DNA from: Mayamaea pseudoterrestris
Taxonomy: Eukaryota
NCBI GenBank assembly: GCA_027923505.1
Contig: BROI01000001.1
Span: 2,232,001 to 2,296,000, forward strand
Reading direction: 5' to 3'
Length of the DNA: 64,000 nucleotides
Position 1 is the stretch's first letter; the number at the start of each line of letters is the position of its first letter. The notes under the pieces are model-generated. The model had not been told where the DNA came from. It did not search any database and saw nothing but the letters and a program-made list of their open reading frames with translations. Below are positions 11,357 through 22,234 of this stretch, in pieces. The position numbers and the translations under genes are program-made.

Positions 11357-12255
11357 GATGAAAGCAGTCTTCTTTCTTGTGCCCTTGCTTTCCGCATTCG
11401 TCGCACGTTCCTTGGAATCTTTCTTCGACCTGCTTCTGTTGCCTCCCGCCGCCGCCGTTCCCTTTATACTTTGGGCAGTCCTTCTTCTTGTGTTCCGTGC
11501 TGCCGCAAAGCCAGCAGGCCCTTGGGGTTTCCGATCGACGATTGAGTAAAGAGAGCTTGTTCATCTTCATCTTCATCGTCTCATGCCCCTTTGACGCGCG
11601 TCGCCACTTGGAGGCACGCTTCTGCCATCGTGCCACGCCCTCGTTCGTTAGCCTGGCTTCTCAAACACGACATGCTCCGCCTGTATGTAGGAACCACTTG
11701 ACGCTCCTCGAGCTTTGCTCCTGACGCTAGAAACTGACTCTCCAGCTCTGCTACCTTTAGGAACAACTTGGTTGGATTTTTGCTGTCTCGCATCGAGAGA
11801 CTGCTAAGGTCATCCATCAACTTTAATTGGGCAACTTGATCGGTCGGCTGATATTGTTCGATCAGCTTCTTCATGACGTCACTTGCCTTGCCCGTCGGCC
11901 ACGCTTCCGTCCTTGATTCCGTAATGATCAAGAGGAACTCCGCTCCCTTGTCTCCGTCGCCATGCGCCATGATTAACTGCGCCATGGCTACCTTGTTCAT
12001 CTTGACGGCTCGCCTGTTGGCGTACGATTGATTTGGCTGTTCTTCTCGCGTCGGCAGGTCCGCCCATCCGCTTGGATCCATTACCTTGTCCAAGTCATGT
12101 GCAACTTGCCACGCCTCGATCTCCATCTTCCAAGTCCAAAACTTCTTGTCTTTATCCAACTTGGGGATCGCCGCAGGCTTCTTGTTCCAGCGCTCATCTT
12201 TCCATCGCTCCTCGTCAGTCCTTGCAGGAACGATTCCTTGGGCTGGTTCAGCCAT
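11175..12255 (-). pseudogene. Copia gag with two CCHC zinc knuckles, frameshifted
   Basis: ATG at 12255 just inside the 5' LTR; FWTWKME N-terminal motif; CWLCGSTEHKKKDC and CDECGKQGHKKEDC lie in a different frame. Confidence 0.88.
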
Positions 12256-12290
12256 GCTGACTCGGGTATCTCCGAGGCTACCTTAAGGTA

Positions 12291-12560
12291 TGCTGAGATT
12301 GCTCCAAATGTACTTGTAATTTACGATATAAACCTCTCCTATTCGCTTGCAAAAGATCCGCTATAAAAGAGTGAGCTTATTCTATCCTAAGCGACCGCCG
12401 TAACTCTTGGAATCTTGACCTCTCCAAGAGTGTCTCCGAGTCTCTATAGCTAACTGTCCTGTTCATTGCAACGCAGCCAGTCGATCCCGCATCTTTACCA
12501 ATGCCCTGGGATGTAGGCCATAGTACTGAGGATCACCTGTTTAATCACCGATTCTCAGCA
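12291..12560 (-). repeat. 5' LTR (270 bp)
   Basis: Identical by eye to 8147-8416; followed by TSD TTCCA. Confidence 0.97.
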
Positions 12561-12665
12561 TTCCAGACTGGCAAGACTAAGCGTTTGTAACTACCGGTAG
12601 TCCTTACCCTTGCTGCCATACCTACCGAAGTGGTAGTATCACATATAAAGCTCGACTCTTCTGAC

Positions 12666-14549
12666 ATGTCGTCGGAACAATTTACCAATTTCCAATTCAA
12701 TATTGTTCGCGAGCAAGCCAAGAAGGATGTCTTTCGCAAGTACGAAATCATTGAATTGCTTGGCCAAGGCTCCATGGGATCAGTCAGCAAGGTTCGAACA
12801 AAATCTGATAAAATTGGAGGATCAGCTTTTCGTTTGGAAGAAACGAGAGGGCCTTTTGGTTTGCTGAGGAAGCGCAAGAAGCGATCGGAACAGTCAATCG
12901 AACTCTCGTCGACGTATGAGTATGCACTCAAGTCAATCATTCTCGATCGACTTTCCAGCACGTTTCTCGACGAACTCAAGAATGAAATCACGATTCTACG
13001 CTCTCTGGATCATCCCAATATTGTTCGATTGCACGAGGTGTATACGTACAAAAAACAAATATTCATGGTCCTCGATCTTTGCTCGGGTGGCGACTTGTAC
13101 TGCCGATGTCCCTACTCGGAGCGACAAGCTGCTCGCTACACGGCACAGCTTGTTTCAGCTGTTTGCTACATGCACGATAATGGCGTGGTGCATCGTGACT
13201 TAAAGTGGGAGAACAGTGAGTGTTGAAAGCGTGTGATGTTTCATATAAATTGTTGCATCCGCATGTCTGATATTGCGCTTGTCCTTGTTTAGTCATGTTT
13301 GACGGGCCGTCGACACTAAAGGTCATTGATTTTGGTTTGAGCAAAAAGTTTGATGGTCGACCGAAGCTCATGCGTGATCGCGTGGGTACAATCTATTCCA
13401 TGGCACCGCGTACGTCACGTTTTAATTTCGTGTGTATTTATGCTGTCCATGACAGCCTATTTCCAACTCAATGCGTTTCTTTGCATTCCTCAGAAGTTCT
13501 ACAGGGAATTTACTCTGAAAAGGCAGATCTCTGGTCGCTTGGAGTGATTGCATTCATGATGCTTGGATCACGCAAGCCATTCTATAGCCAGAGTCGCCGA
13601 CAAATGGTTGACTTTATTATGCGAGCGCATTACAGCTTTACTGGTGAAATCTGGGATTGTATTTCAGACACGGGCAAGGATTTTGTAAGCAAGCTGCTCA
13701 TTGTTGATCCAAAGGAACGAATGGACGCAAACATGGCCTTGAGCCATCCTTGGCTCGTGAATCGAGAGCACTGGCACGACGAAAAGCCATCAGAGCAGCT
13801 GCTACGAAAATTGGACGATAGCTTGCATGGGTACCGATATGTATCATCTTTGAAGAAGCTGGCGTTGAATGTAATTGCCCATCGATCAACGTCGGAGCAG
13901 ATAGTTGAACTCAGCCGTACGTTTGAAGCGTTCGATAAGAATCGTAATGGCATCGTTACATTTGAAGAGTTCAAGATGGCTCTCGAGCGATCTGCTCTTT
14001 CAGATGAGGTTTTGAAAGAGGTTTTTGACAGCGTCGTAAGTGTACAGCATTGATGTATGAAGCATGGCATGACATGCAAGTTTGGTTGACTTGATCCGCA
14101 ATATTCATTTAACGACGCAGGACATTAACAAGGACGGCCATTTGCGATACACGGAGTTTTTAGCGGCGACTGTCGAAGCGCATGGTCATATCAGTGAAGA
14201 TCGCATTGCTGACGCGTTCGATAGACTCGATAGTGATGGCACGGGCTTCATTAGCAAGAAGAACCTGCAAGAAATACTTGGCGAAGACTGCAACGACGAG
14301 ATTGAAGCTATAATTTGCAGCGCCGATGAAAACAAAGACGGTAAAATATCCTACAAGGAGTTTCTTAAAGCTTTTCGACAGCAAACCCTACTTACGGCAA
14401 ATCAAACACTCAGCATGGACGACAGTAGTATTGGTCTCGATGGCAGCAGTCTTTTGGGTCTCGATGCAAAGATTCCAGGCGGCAAGTACGATGTTCCGCT
14501 GGACGAAACTTCGATGGATATTGACATTTCGAGTGGTGTATCGGTATAA
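12666..14549 (+). CDS. Calcium-dependent protein kinase (kinase + EF-hands); exons ~12666-13215, 13293-13409, 13494-14035, 14121-14549
   Basis: GQGSMG, ALK, HRDLKWENIMF (spliced), DFG, MAPQ, DLWSLG; EF-hands DKNRNG, DINKDG, DSDGTG, DENKDG; three GT-AG introns keep the frame. Confidence 0.93.
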
Positions 14550-14715
14550 TGGATCGGATCTGGATCTGAGCTACCGAGATATTCGTAATAGGCAGGCAGA
14601 GTCTTTCTTGACTATATTCGTTGAATCCAACGCGACGCAGTAAACCAAAATGTCTACTTATTAAAGATATCTGCAAGGTTGTATAATCTTTGCACACCAA
14701 CAATTCCAATAACTG

Positions 14716-15525
14716 TCAAACCGTTTTGGTTTCGACCTGTTTGCGCCTCGCTCTTCGATAGCCTTTTACAAGCATCCACTTTTTGAAGCCGGCCGACGCA
14801 CGCTCGCAAATGCTATCCTCGTACAAATCAATCGGACCCGTATTTGCCCTCGCCGTGATTGGCAAAGTCGCCTCGGGAATGTCTTGGTACTTTTGCTGGC
14901 GCCACTTGTTGGGATTGGCGTAATATCCGCAAATGAGAGCGACAGCGAGATAGGCAAACATTGTATGCAGAGCAACCGTTGCTAAAGGGCTAGATCCAAC
15001 GTCGCTAACCTTGACGAGTTTTCCATTGCGTTGAATATAATGATGTGAAAGTGCATGAGGAATGTAGAGTGGTTGGAAACGGAGTAAAACGTAAATTAGC
15101 AGGAAGAAACCAACAGCAATCCACGAGAATCCTACGCAAACGCTCAAGCAGCACTGTCGGGAAATAGGAGCAGAAGCAGGAGTCTTTGTTAGACCAATAA
15201 ACGCTCGATAGTCAGCGTCCGATACGTGAAGAGGCGTTCGGTAAAAGAGGTGAACGTTTTGAAGAGCAACATGTTTGCGGCGATGATTTTGATAACCGTT
15301 TGGGTAATGAAAGGAATGTAAATGTTTTGCAGAGTCAGGCTGAGGCGAAGAAGTAATCTCCCAGGAGCTGCTGGTGCTACTGCCGCCGCTATTTGTCTTT
15401 TCGGCAGATTGTGAGCGATTTCTTCGGTGCGAAAGCATCGTCTTCGTCTCGCCAATTGCTGCTGCTGCTGATGGTAAAGGCCGCGACGTCAGAGAATTTA
15501 CCAAAGGAAGAGCTCGTTGTCGCAT
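14716..15525 (-). CDS. Hypothetical membrane protein (two hydrophobic segments)
   Basis: 269-aa ATG ORF with two TM-like stretches. Confidence 0.7.
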   Translation of the reverse strand: MRQRALPLVNSLTSRPLPSAAAAIGETKTMLSHRRNRSQSAEKTNSGGSSTSSSWEITSSPQPDSAKHLHSFHYPNGYQNHRRKHVALQNVHLFYRTPLHVSDADYRAFIGLTKTPASAPISRQCCLSVCVGFSWIAVGFFLLIYVLLRFQPLYIPHALSHHYIQRNGKLVKVSDVGSSPLATVALHTMFAYLAVALICGYYANPNKWRQQKYQDIPEATLPITARANTGPIDLYEDSICERASAGFKKWMLVKGYRRARRKQVETKTV

Positions 15526-15973
15526 AGTCTTCGCATTGATGATTTATATTCCCGGGGTATAGAAATTCGTTTGTTAATTGCTTTAAGTTTAATAGCGCGT
15601 CAGGCGACGATTTCAAGCATTGTGCGTTCATTCATTCGTCATGGTCGCGTCGAACAAAAACGCGTGACGCGAAGCGGCGCGCCTTCCGAGAACCTGGAAA
15701 CGGACGAGCCATTAGGTCATGAGCACGTCATAGCAGCTACGGTATGATATATGAATGTGAACGCTGGATGGACCTACATTAACTTGCGTCTCACGTCTCG
15801 TCGTGCACCATTCCATGCAACATGTGCTATAGGATTTATATAAGTTGATTTGATTAGCTGCAGTCACGGGTAAAACTACATACGTGACCGAAAACCATCT
15901 TCGTGCCAAGCGCCGAGCCTGGATTACTACACCACGCCTGCGTCACGCAAAAAGCATGCTCCCAATTCGAATA

Positions 15974-16496
15974 CTAATTCAAGCCAAGGTTGGGAACGTC
16001 TTCGATGTCATCAGACCCATCTGCTGCTGGCTTCTGGTCGCCATCTTGTGTCCGCGCCGATTCAATCTCGGAAAGCTTCTTGTTTCCTTCTTCAAGAGCC
16101 TGCTTGGCCTTTTCTTCCAACTCCTTGAGCTTTTCAGGATCCTTCATGGCATCCTGTGTCTTTTGCATCGCCTGTTGGAATTGAGGAGCTTGCATCATGG
16201 TTCGCATTTGCGCCTGAAAGGCGGGGTCCTTCATTAGTTTCTGCGCCTCGCGAACCATTTCTGGGTCCTATGATACAGTCATGATGAGAATGTGTGAGAG
16301 GCTACAATTACAGAACGATGAGGTAATATGCACAGATTTCAATCAAGACACCTTTCCCGTCGAACTGGTCGAGCCGTTGCCTGTTCTCGATCGAACGACA
16401 GGAATGTCGCCATCGATATTCGCTTTACGTGCGACAAATAATCCATTTACACACCTGCATATCCTTCATGAGTTGAGCCATCATAACGTTATTCAT
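15974..16496 (-). CDS. STI1/DP-repeat-like helical protein; exons 16455-16496 and 15974-16267 (possibly 5'-truncated)
   Basis: Spliced MNNVMMAQLMKDMQ/DPEMVREAQKLMKDPAFQAQM...MKDPEKL; Met/Gln-rich DP repeats; GT...AG intron. Confidence 0.7.
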
Positions 16497-16657
16497 GGTT
16501 GCGAATAAATAATGTTCCAAAACGAGGGTAGAACGACTTCATGCAATGTCATCGTCGCAGTCGCAACCGATGGGAGCATACGAGGACCGACAACTTCAAC
16601 ATCATCGACATCGAGTGCGTGTCCACGAAACGGATCCTGACAATGAGCGAGCTTTGC

Positions 16658-16842
16658 TGACGTAGTTTTCACTGGCACTCGTTTCCTAATATAGCCTTGA
16701 TGACGAAGTTTTCACTGGCACTCGTTTCATACTATTGCCATATGACGCAGTTCTCACTGGCACTCGTTTCGTACTATTGCCAAGTGACGCAGTTTTCACT
16801 GGCACTCGTTTTCTACTATTGCCTCGTGACGCAGTTTTCACT
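16658..16842. repeat. Tandem minisatellite array A: ~4.4 copies of a 42-bp unit
   Basis: Consensus TGACGCAGTTTTCACTGGCACTCGTTTCGTACTATTGCCNNN read directly. Confidence 0.95.
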
Positions 16843-17138
16843 TCCAAATTTGAACTGTGAATGAAAGAGTGGTCGCGTTTCGACAAGCATCGCCCATTTT
16901 TTACCATGGCCGCCAGCGACAGCATCTATCGTACCGACAGAATCAGCTCCCACTCGCAAGTCACAATGATACTTCCAAGCCCAACATCTGAGTTACTGCG
17001 AATTTGGCTTTCTATGTTCGACTAGCAAGCCGCTACATTCTGATCAGCCAACACTTCCGTGGCACACCATCGAGCAGCCTTGCACCGATCGGTGATGAAT
17101 GAACAATGAAACAAACATGGCCGTCATAACCAGCTCAT

Positions 17139-20114
17139 CTAAGCAACCCATGTATACTCGCGCGTATCCGACATAATGTCTCCCATATTAACCGACAGAT
17201 CCATCTGTTCTTTATCGTCTTTGCTCTGTAATGCAGCAAAGCCGTCTCTTTCATGAGGCTCTCTCCAAACGAGGCCGAGTTTGTCAAACACGTCTTTCTC
17301 CGTCGTTGGTCTGAAAATGCTGCCGTCTGGCTCCTTCGCGCGAATTGCGTACCCTGCGTCATCGAGTCGAAGCTTACCGCTTCCGTCCAGCATCCACAAC
17401 CCATGGTCGTCCAGTCTATATCCCATCATCTTCTTTGACCAGAAGCGCATTGCGCGATTGAAATGACCGTTGCCTGAAATTTGATATATTCACAAATGAG
17501 CGCAGCCGCTCCCACATACTCGTATTAAGCGTGTCATTATTTTAAACTCACCGGTAAAGTATAACGAGGCATATACAAACTCCGAGTATGGATACACCTT
17601 AATATCAACCCGTCTGACTTTGCCACTTATTGTCGGTGACTTGAAAATACCCATCCAAGTGTAGGATCGCTTGTCTTTCATTTTCGTCGAGGAAACACTT
17701 GCCAATGGTTTAATGAACTTCTTTTCCGACGCTTCAAGCGTCTCAAACCGGTCGGGGTTCATGCCTCGAATCAAAGTAAGGTGATGCAAAATGAATTCAT
17801 CGTCGTGCAATTTATCCACAAGTTGTCCGAGAAACGTGGGGGGCACCTCATTCAGCCAAGCAGGATCGGTGATGATAAAGTCCACATCCCCATTTGTAGG
17901 TTTCATCCGCCTATAAGACCCCATGGCGTGGACTTGAGCAGATGGATAAAATTGGTCGCTGTTGGCTACAGTTGTTACAATCTTGACAATGTGCGTAGCT
18001 TCGTCACGATCCATTTCCTCGTTAATGTCTTCGTAATACTTCAAGCCCAAATACTCGTTGCGCTGCCACATTAGCTTTCCTAATTCAGTTGCTGTACGCA
18101 AACTTTCGATATCGTGATAGCCCAAACTCAGCAACTCCTTTGCTCTCTTTGGACCAACGCCCCAAATACCCGTAAAGTCTCGAATAGCCGCGCGATCCCT
18201 ATCCGCGATTAAAGACTGTCGCCTTAGGCAGCCTCCTGTGGTAACATACTCTTTCGCAATATCCACGCAACTCCCCTTCAGCCCGTACTGATCCTTCAGT
18301 TCGTCGACATTTTCGAATGTGACATCGAATGTCAGATGGCGCATAACACTAGCGGCTTTGTTAAACGTATACGCTCGCCATAGATCCTGATCGTCCATAG
18401 GAGCGTCTCGGTATAGCTCAGAGAGCTCAGTAAATAGGTCGGCAAGATCTGAATTCTTGCTTTCGGTGATCTGACTATCTAGCGGAATGCCTCTCTGACG
18501 CTTGTGTGGCGACTCTACTCCAGCTTCCGGTTGCTTACTTAAAGACTTCCGACTGTGCAGCGCCAGCCGATAAGTCTCGTCGCCAGTGACCGGACCAAAT
18601 CGCTCAAGGTCATCCGCCTTCATCACCCACTTGAGCCGCGCAAAGACAACGCCGTGCTGTTCCATGTACTGATGCAGGTCCTGGACGCTGTAAAACTTTA
18701 AATCCTCGTTGATCAATTCACCTTCATCCATTCGCAACGAATTACCAACAATCAAGTAATTCGGTGGATTTAATCGATCAAAAGTGTCCATGATTGTGGC
18801 CCCGCGAGCAATAGCCTTGCGCCTCGCTCGTTCACGAATCTGCTTATTGAACATGTCGGCATGCCGGTTGCAGCTAACGAAGTAAAGCTTGGGACCAGCC
18901 GCCTTGGTATCAGCGCTCTCTGTTTCGCGTTTCGAGTCAGATGTAACAACGTTCTCGTCCACACTAACAGTGGCAATACCAACGACCTGTTCCAAGCTTG
19001 CTGGAATCTGCATAGTCGTTAGCACCTTGTCAAAAGGAGACTTACGCACTTTACGACAATCTTCGTGCTCATCTGCGGTTGATTGTCCGTCAAACAGGTT
19101 ATTTTGTTGAGCTGGCTTTGCCGGCATCTCACCTACGAGCATCGCCGTTTTCGCCATCGCCGCAATCGGCGGCGTGAACAGCAGTGGCGAGTCTTCTAAA
19201 GGCAATAGTTGCTGCAGCATAACTTCTTCTTTTTCTTCTGCTCTGTCGTGTTCTAGTGATTCGCTGCTTTGAAACAAGTGTGGAAACCTAGATTCCGACG
19301 CAGGACGAATAGGCCACTTCTCATCGTACGCCTGCGTTCTCAGCGGAGATTCCGTGTCATCAGGGCTCATTGGCAAAGCACAACCCTTTTGCTCACTCTC
19401 GTCTATCGGTTTGTCAGTAATTTGATGCACAATTGTTGTCGCTTTAGTTTCTGGCAAACGCCTGCCGTTCTGGTGTGCAACGACAAGAAATTCTAATGGC
19501 AATTCGTCGTCGCAAATCGGCCGAAAAGTAATCGAGTCGCCCTCTTGAATTAACAGCGGACCGGCCCAGAAATCTTTCGCTGTTCGGCCACTGCTTTTAT
19601 CAAAGCCATAGTCACACAAGTTCTTGCCGTTAAGTTGCATCTTGTCCATGACTGGGTAAGTGCCATCACCTCGGGCATGAATAAAGAGAGGTACAGCTAC
19701 TCCATCGATGCGTTCGTCCTTCGTCTTGTTGCAGCCAGAAACTTTGAGGAACTTTTTTGGTATATGCTTGGTCCAAGGACGTTCGCAGCGTTCACAAAAC
19801 GCCGATGATTTGCTTCGTTGACTATATGATGCATCCTTGCCTTGGTCGCCTTCGTCGGAAGCGAAAACAGACGAGTCACGCCGCTCGAAAGCACAAATTC
19901 TTTTCGTTCCAAAATCACCAAAGCATAAGCAGCTCTGCCAATGAGCGAGTCGTAATTCGTAGCGTCCGAAAATGAAATCTTGATCGTGACGTTCCGACGA
20001 TGTCAATACAATCAAGGCGTTTTGGTTTGGCCGAGGTTTCTTGCGATTGGGTGGCAATAGAACTCCATTTAACGCGGGAGCCAAAGCAAGAAAGGTGCCG
20101 TTGGATGTTGCCAT
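17139..20114 (-). CDS. POLL: DNA polymerase family X (Pol lambda-like), ~965 aa; exons 17552-20114 and 17139-17473
   Basis: 8-kDa domain (NSDLADLF...WRAYTF), GIWGVGPKRA HhH, GSYRR...GDVD, RRVDIK, spliced YFTGNGHFNRAMR, EKDVFDKLGLVWREPHER; BRCT-like segment upstream. Confidence 0.93.
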
Positions 20115-20892
20115 TTCAGTCGACGATCAAGCACGGACTTGAATTGGTGCTAACATTATGGCAGATGAGTGCGCCGTGGTCGCACTCGCGATTCTCACGA
20201 AACTCTCGGAGTGTGACGCAAATGCATGCAATACTGAAAACGAAGGAAAGAAACGTCATTACTAATTTACATGAGTCATTTGCTGAAACCGCTGCGTTTT
20301 CAACTGCACGCCTCACATTTTCGATTGCTAACACACACGACCCACTATCAACCAGTAGGCACGTTGTGCGGTAGTACATGTAGTAGCTCTAAAAGCATTA
20401 CAAAGTTACTTGCGTCTAATCCCGTGAGAATTGGCCGAGATGGCCGCTTTCTTTGACTTGTGAGTGAAGAGTGTGCGGCTCTGACTTGTCGCTTGTCGCG
20501 CGATCAGAAATCAGAAGCAACGCCATATTTTCTTTCGACTCTTACTTGCTCTGCGCCAAGTTGTGAATACATCGACAAGTCAATGTCGCCGTCCTGTGAC
20601 ACAAACACAACTACAGAGACGGCTGCAAGGGTGTATGACCATGCGCCGAATGCTTAGATGCGCGAAAGGGAGGCGATTTATCCCATTCAAGGCAATGACC
20701 GCCCCACTGGCCAAATGTTTTACAAAGTGATAAATACAATCGTATGTCGTTTATGAATTGCAGTAGGTAGATGGACTACAATGATGTGTCGCTGATCGCC
20801 TCATGTCTCCAAAGATGTACTCTTATTACTTATGAATCGACTACTACAACGTAGTTCGAATGCGAATAATCGAATACCACTGTAAACACCCA

Positions 20893-21171
20893 TCAACGCT
20901 TCTTTGATGCTTGTTGCCTCTTGCCCGCAGAGGTATTTCTCGCCTTGTGCGAGGAGGGCGGTGATTCGTCGCTTGATTTGTCACCATGCTTGTCATCATA
21001 CTTTGTCATCTTTATAATGTCATCCTTTTGAACTAACGTTGAATTTGGTCGTGATTGCTGCTGTTGATGTGATTCTATATAGTCCAAAAGTCTGTGGTTG
21101 CGATTCCAGTATGCTTGATGGCATATGACACCGGCCATGAAGCCAACAGAAACTGCCGCAAAAGGTCGCAT
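20893..21171 (-). CDS. Small hypothetical protein with hydrophobic N-terminus
   Basis: 92-aa ATG ORF: one N-terminal hydrophobic helix and a charged tail. Confidence 0.45.
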   Translation of the reverse strand: MRPFAAVSVGFMAGVICHQAYWNRNHRLLDYIESHQQQQSRPNSTLVQKDDIIKMTKYDDKHGDKSSDESPPSSHKARNTSAGKRQQASKKR

Positions 21172-21888
21172 GCTTGGGTGCCAGCCGCAATGTCCAGCTT
21201 ATGATGGCTTTAACTCGTAAGCAAAGTGGTGGCCAGCAGATGCACTGTATACTGGACTGGACTCGTCTGATGCTGCTGGGTGCAAAAGGCCGGTTGTTTT
21301 CGCGGAAATCGAACATGTCGACCGCTCTGCAGCCCGGCCAGATTCGCTTTTTTGGTCGCGTTTTAAAAGGGAACCTGAGACGATGATGTCGGCAAAAGAT
21401 TCGAAACGGATATTTTTTTCTCTTGAGCCTGATAATGCAAACTAATACAATTCTGCTCGTCAAAGGGCCTGGCTCTGCAGAGGCACTTGAACCAAGTGAT
21501 GCAACGAGTCGCTCCACAGACACTCAGCCATGCATCGATTGGCAACAGCCTCTATCAAATCAGCGGGCCGTTTCGCAGCGTCATCTTGTCTTGGTCCCTT
21601 CTGTAACATTCAGAGGTTGCAGCAGAAAGATAATGTTTTATTCGCGGCTAGACGCAGACGCCGAAGGAGCAGTCGACGGTCAATACGTCAATGAGAACAC
21701 TTTGGTCTGATGCCAAAACACAACCAGCTCGAGCCACTACTAAGCTATCATTCCTTCCGATATGCTTTTCATTTGTAATACATTAAACAATAATGGAGCC
21801 AAAGCTGTCGTTCCTTTGAGTTTAGATGGACATATGGCGGCTCGTCCGCATCGCGAGGAAGTCGCGTCATAAAGGCAATAGTAAATAG

Positions 21889-22234
21889 GACGCAATTGAC
21901 ACTGGCACTCGTTTCGTGCTATTGCCTCGTGACGTAATTGACACTGGCACTCGTTTCGTACTACTGCCTTGTGACGAAATTGACACTGACACTCGTTTCG
22001 TACTATTGCCTCATGACGTAATTGACACTGGCACTCGTTTCGTACTATTGCCTTGAGACGTAATTGACACAGGCACTCGTTTCGTACTATTGCCTCGTGA
22101 CGTAATTGACATTGGCACTCGTTTCGTACTATTGCCTTGTGACGTTATTGACACTGGCACTCGTTTCATACTATTGTCTCGTGACGTAATTGACACTGGC
22201 ACTCGTTTCATTCTATTGCCTTGTGACGTAATTG
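21889..22234. repeat. Tandem minisatellite array B: ~8.2 copies of a 42-bp unit, same family as array A
   Basis: Consensus GACGTAATTGACACTGGCACTCGTTTCGTACTATTGCCTYGT; exact 42-nt period (units start at 21889, 21931, 21973 ... 22183). Confidence 0.97.

Larger units (their letters stand above)
8147..12560 (-). mobile_element. Complete Ty1/copia LTR retrotransposon with degenerate internal region (non-autonomous)
   Basis: Two 270-bp LTRs, TSD TTCCA (8142-8146 and 12561-12565), PPT CAGAGGAGAG next to the 3' LTR, and gag-integrase-RT-RNaseH order on the minus strand. Confidence 0.97.

Noticed and set aside
8119..12600. Possible CDPK first exon (ATGGGGCTG) upstream of the insertion, with the element in its intron
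   Set aside because: Splicing to the AG at 12600 gives an out-of-frame product with a stop
17083..17094. 12-bp palindrome CACCGATCGGTG just 3' of Pol X
   Set aside because: Palindromes of this length are expected many times by chance in 64 kb
16658..22234. CRISPR-like interpretation of the 42-bp arrays
   Set aside because: The variable parts are point variants of one sequence, not unique spacers; there are no cas genes and the context is eukaryotic
16658..22234. Foldback/MULE transposon with repeat-built TIRs enclosing Pol X
   Set aside because: The arrays are in direct, not inverted, orientation, and I found no TSD or transposase
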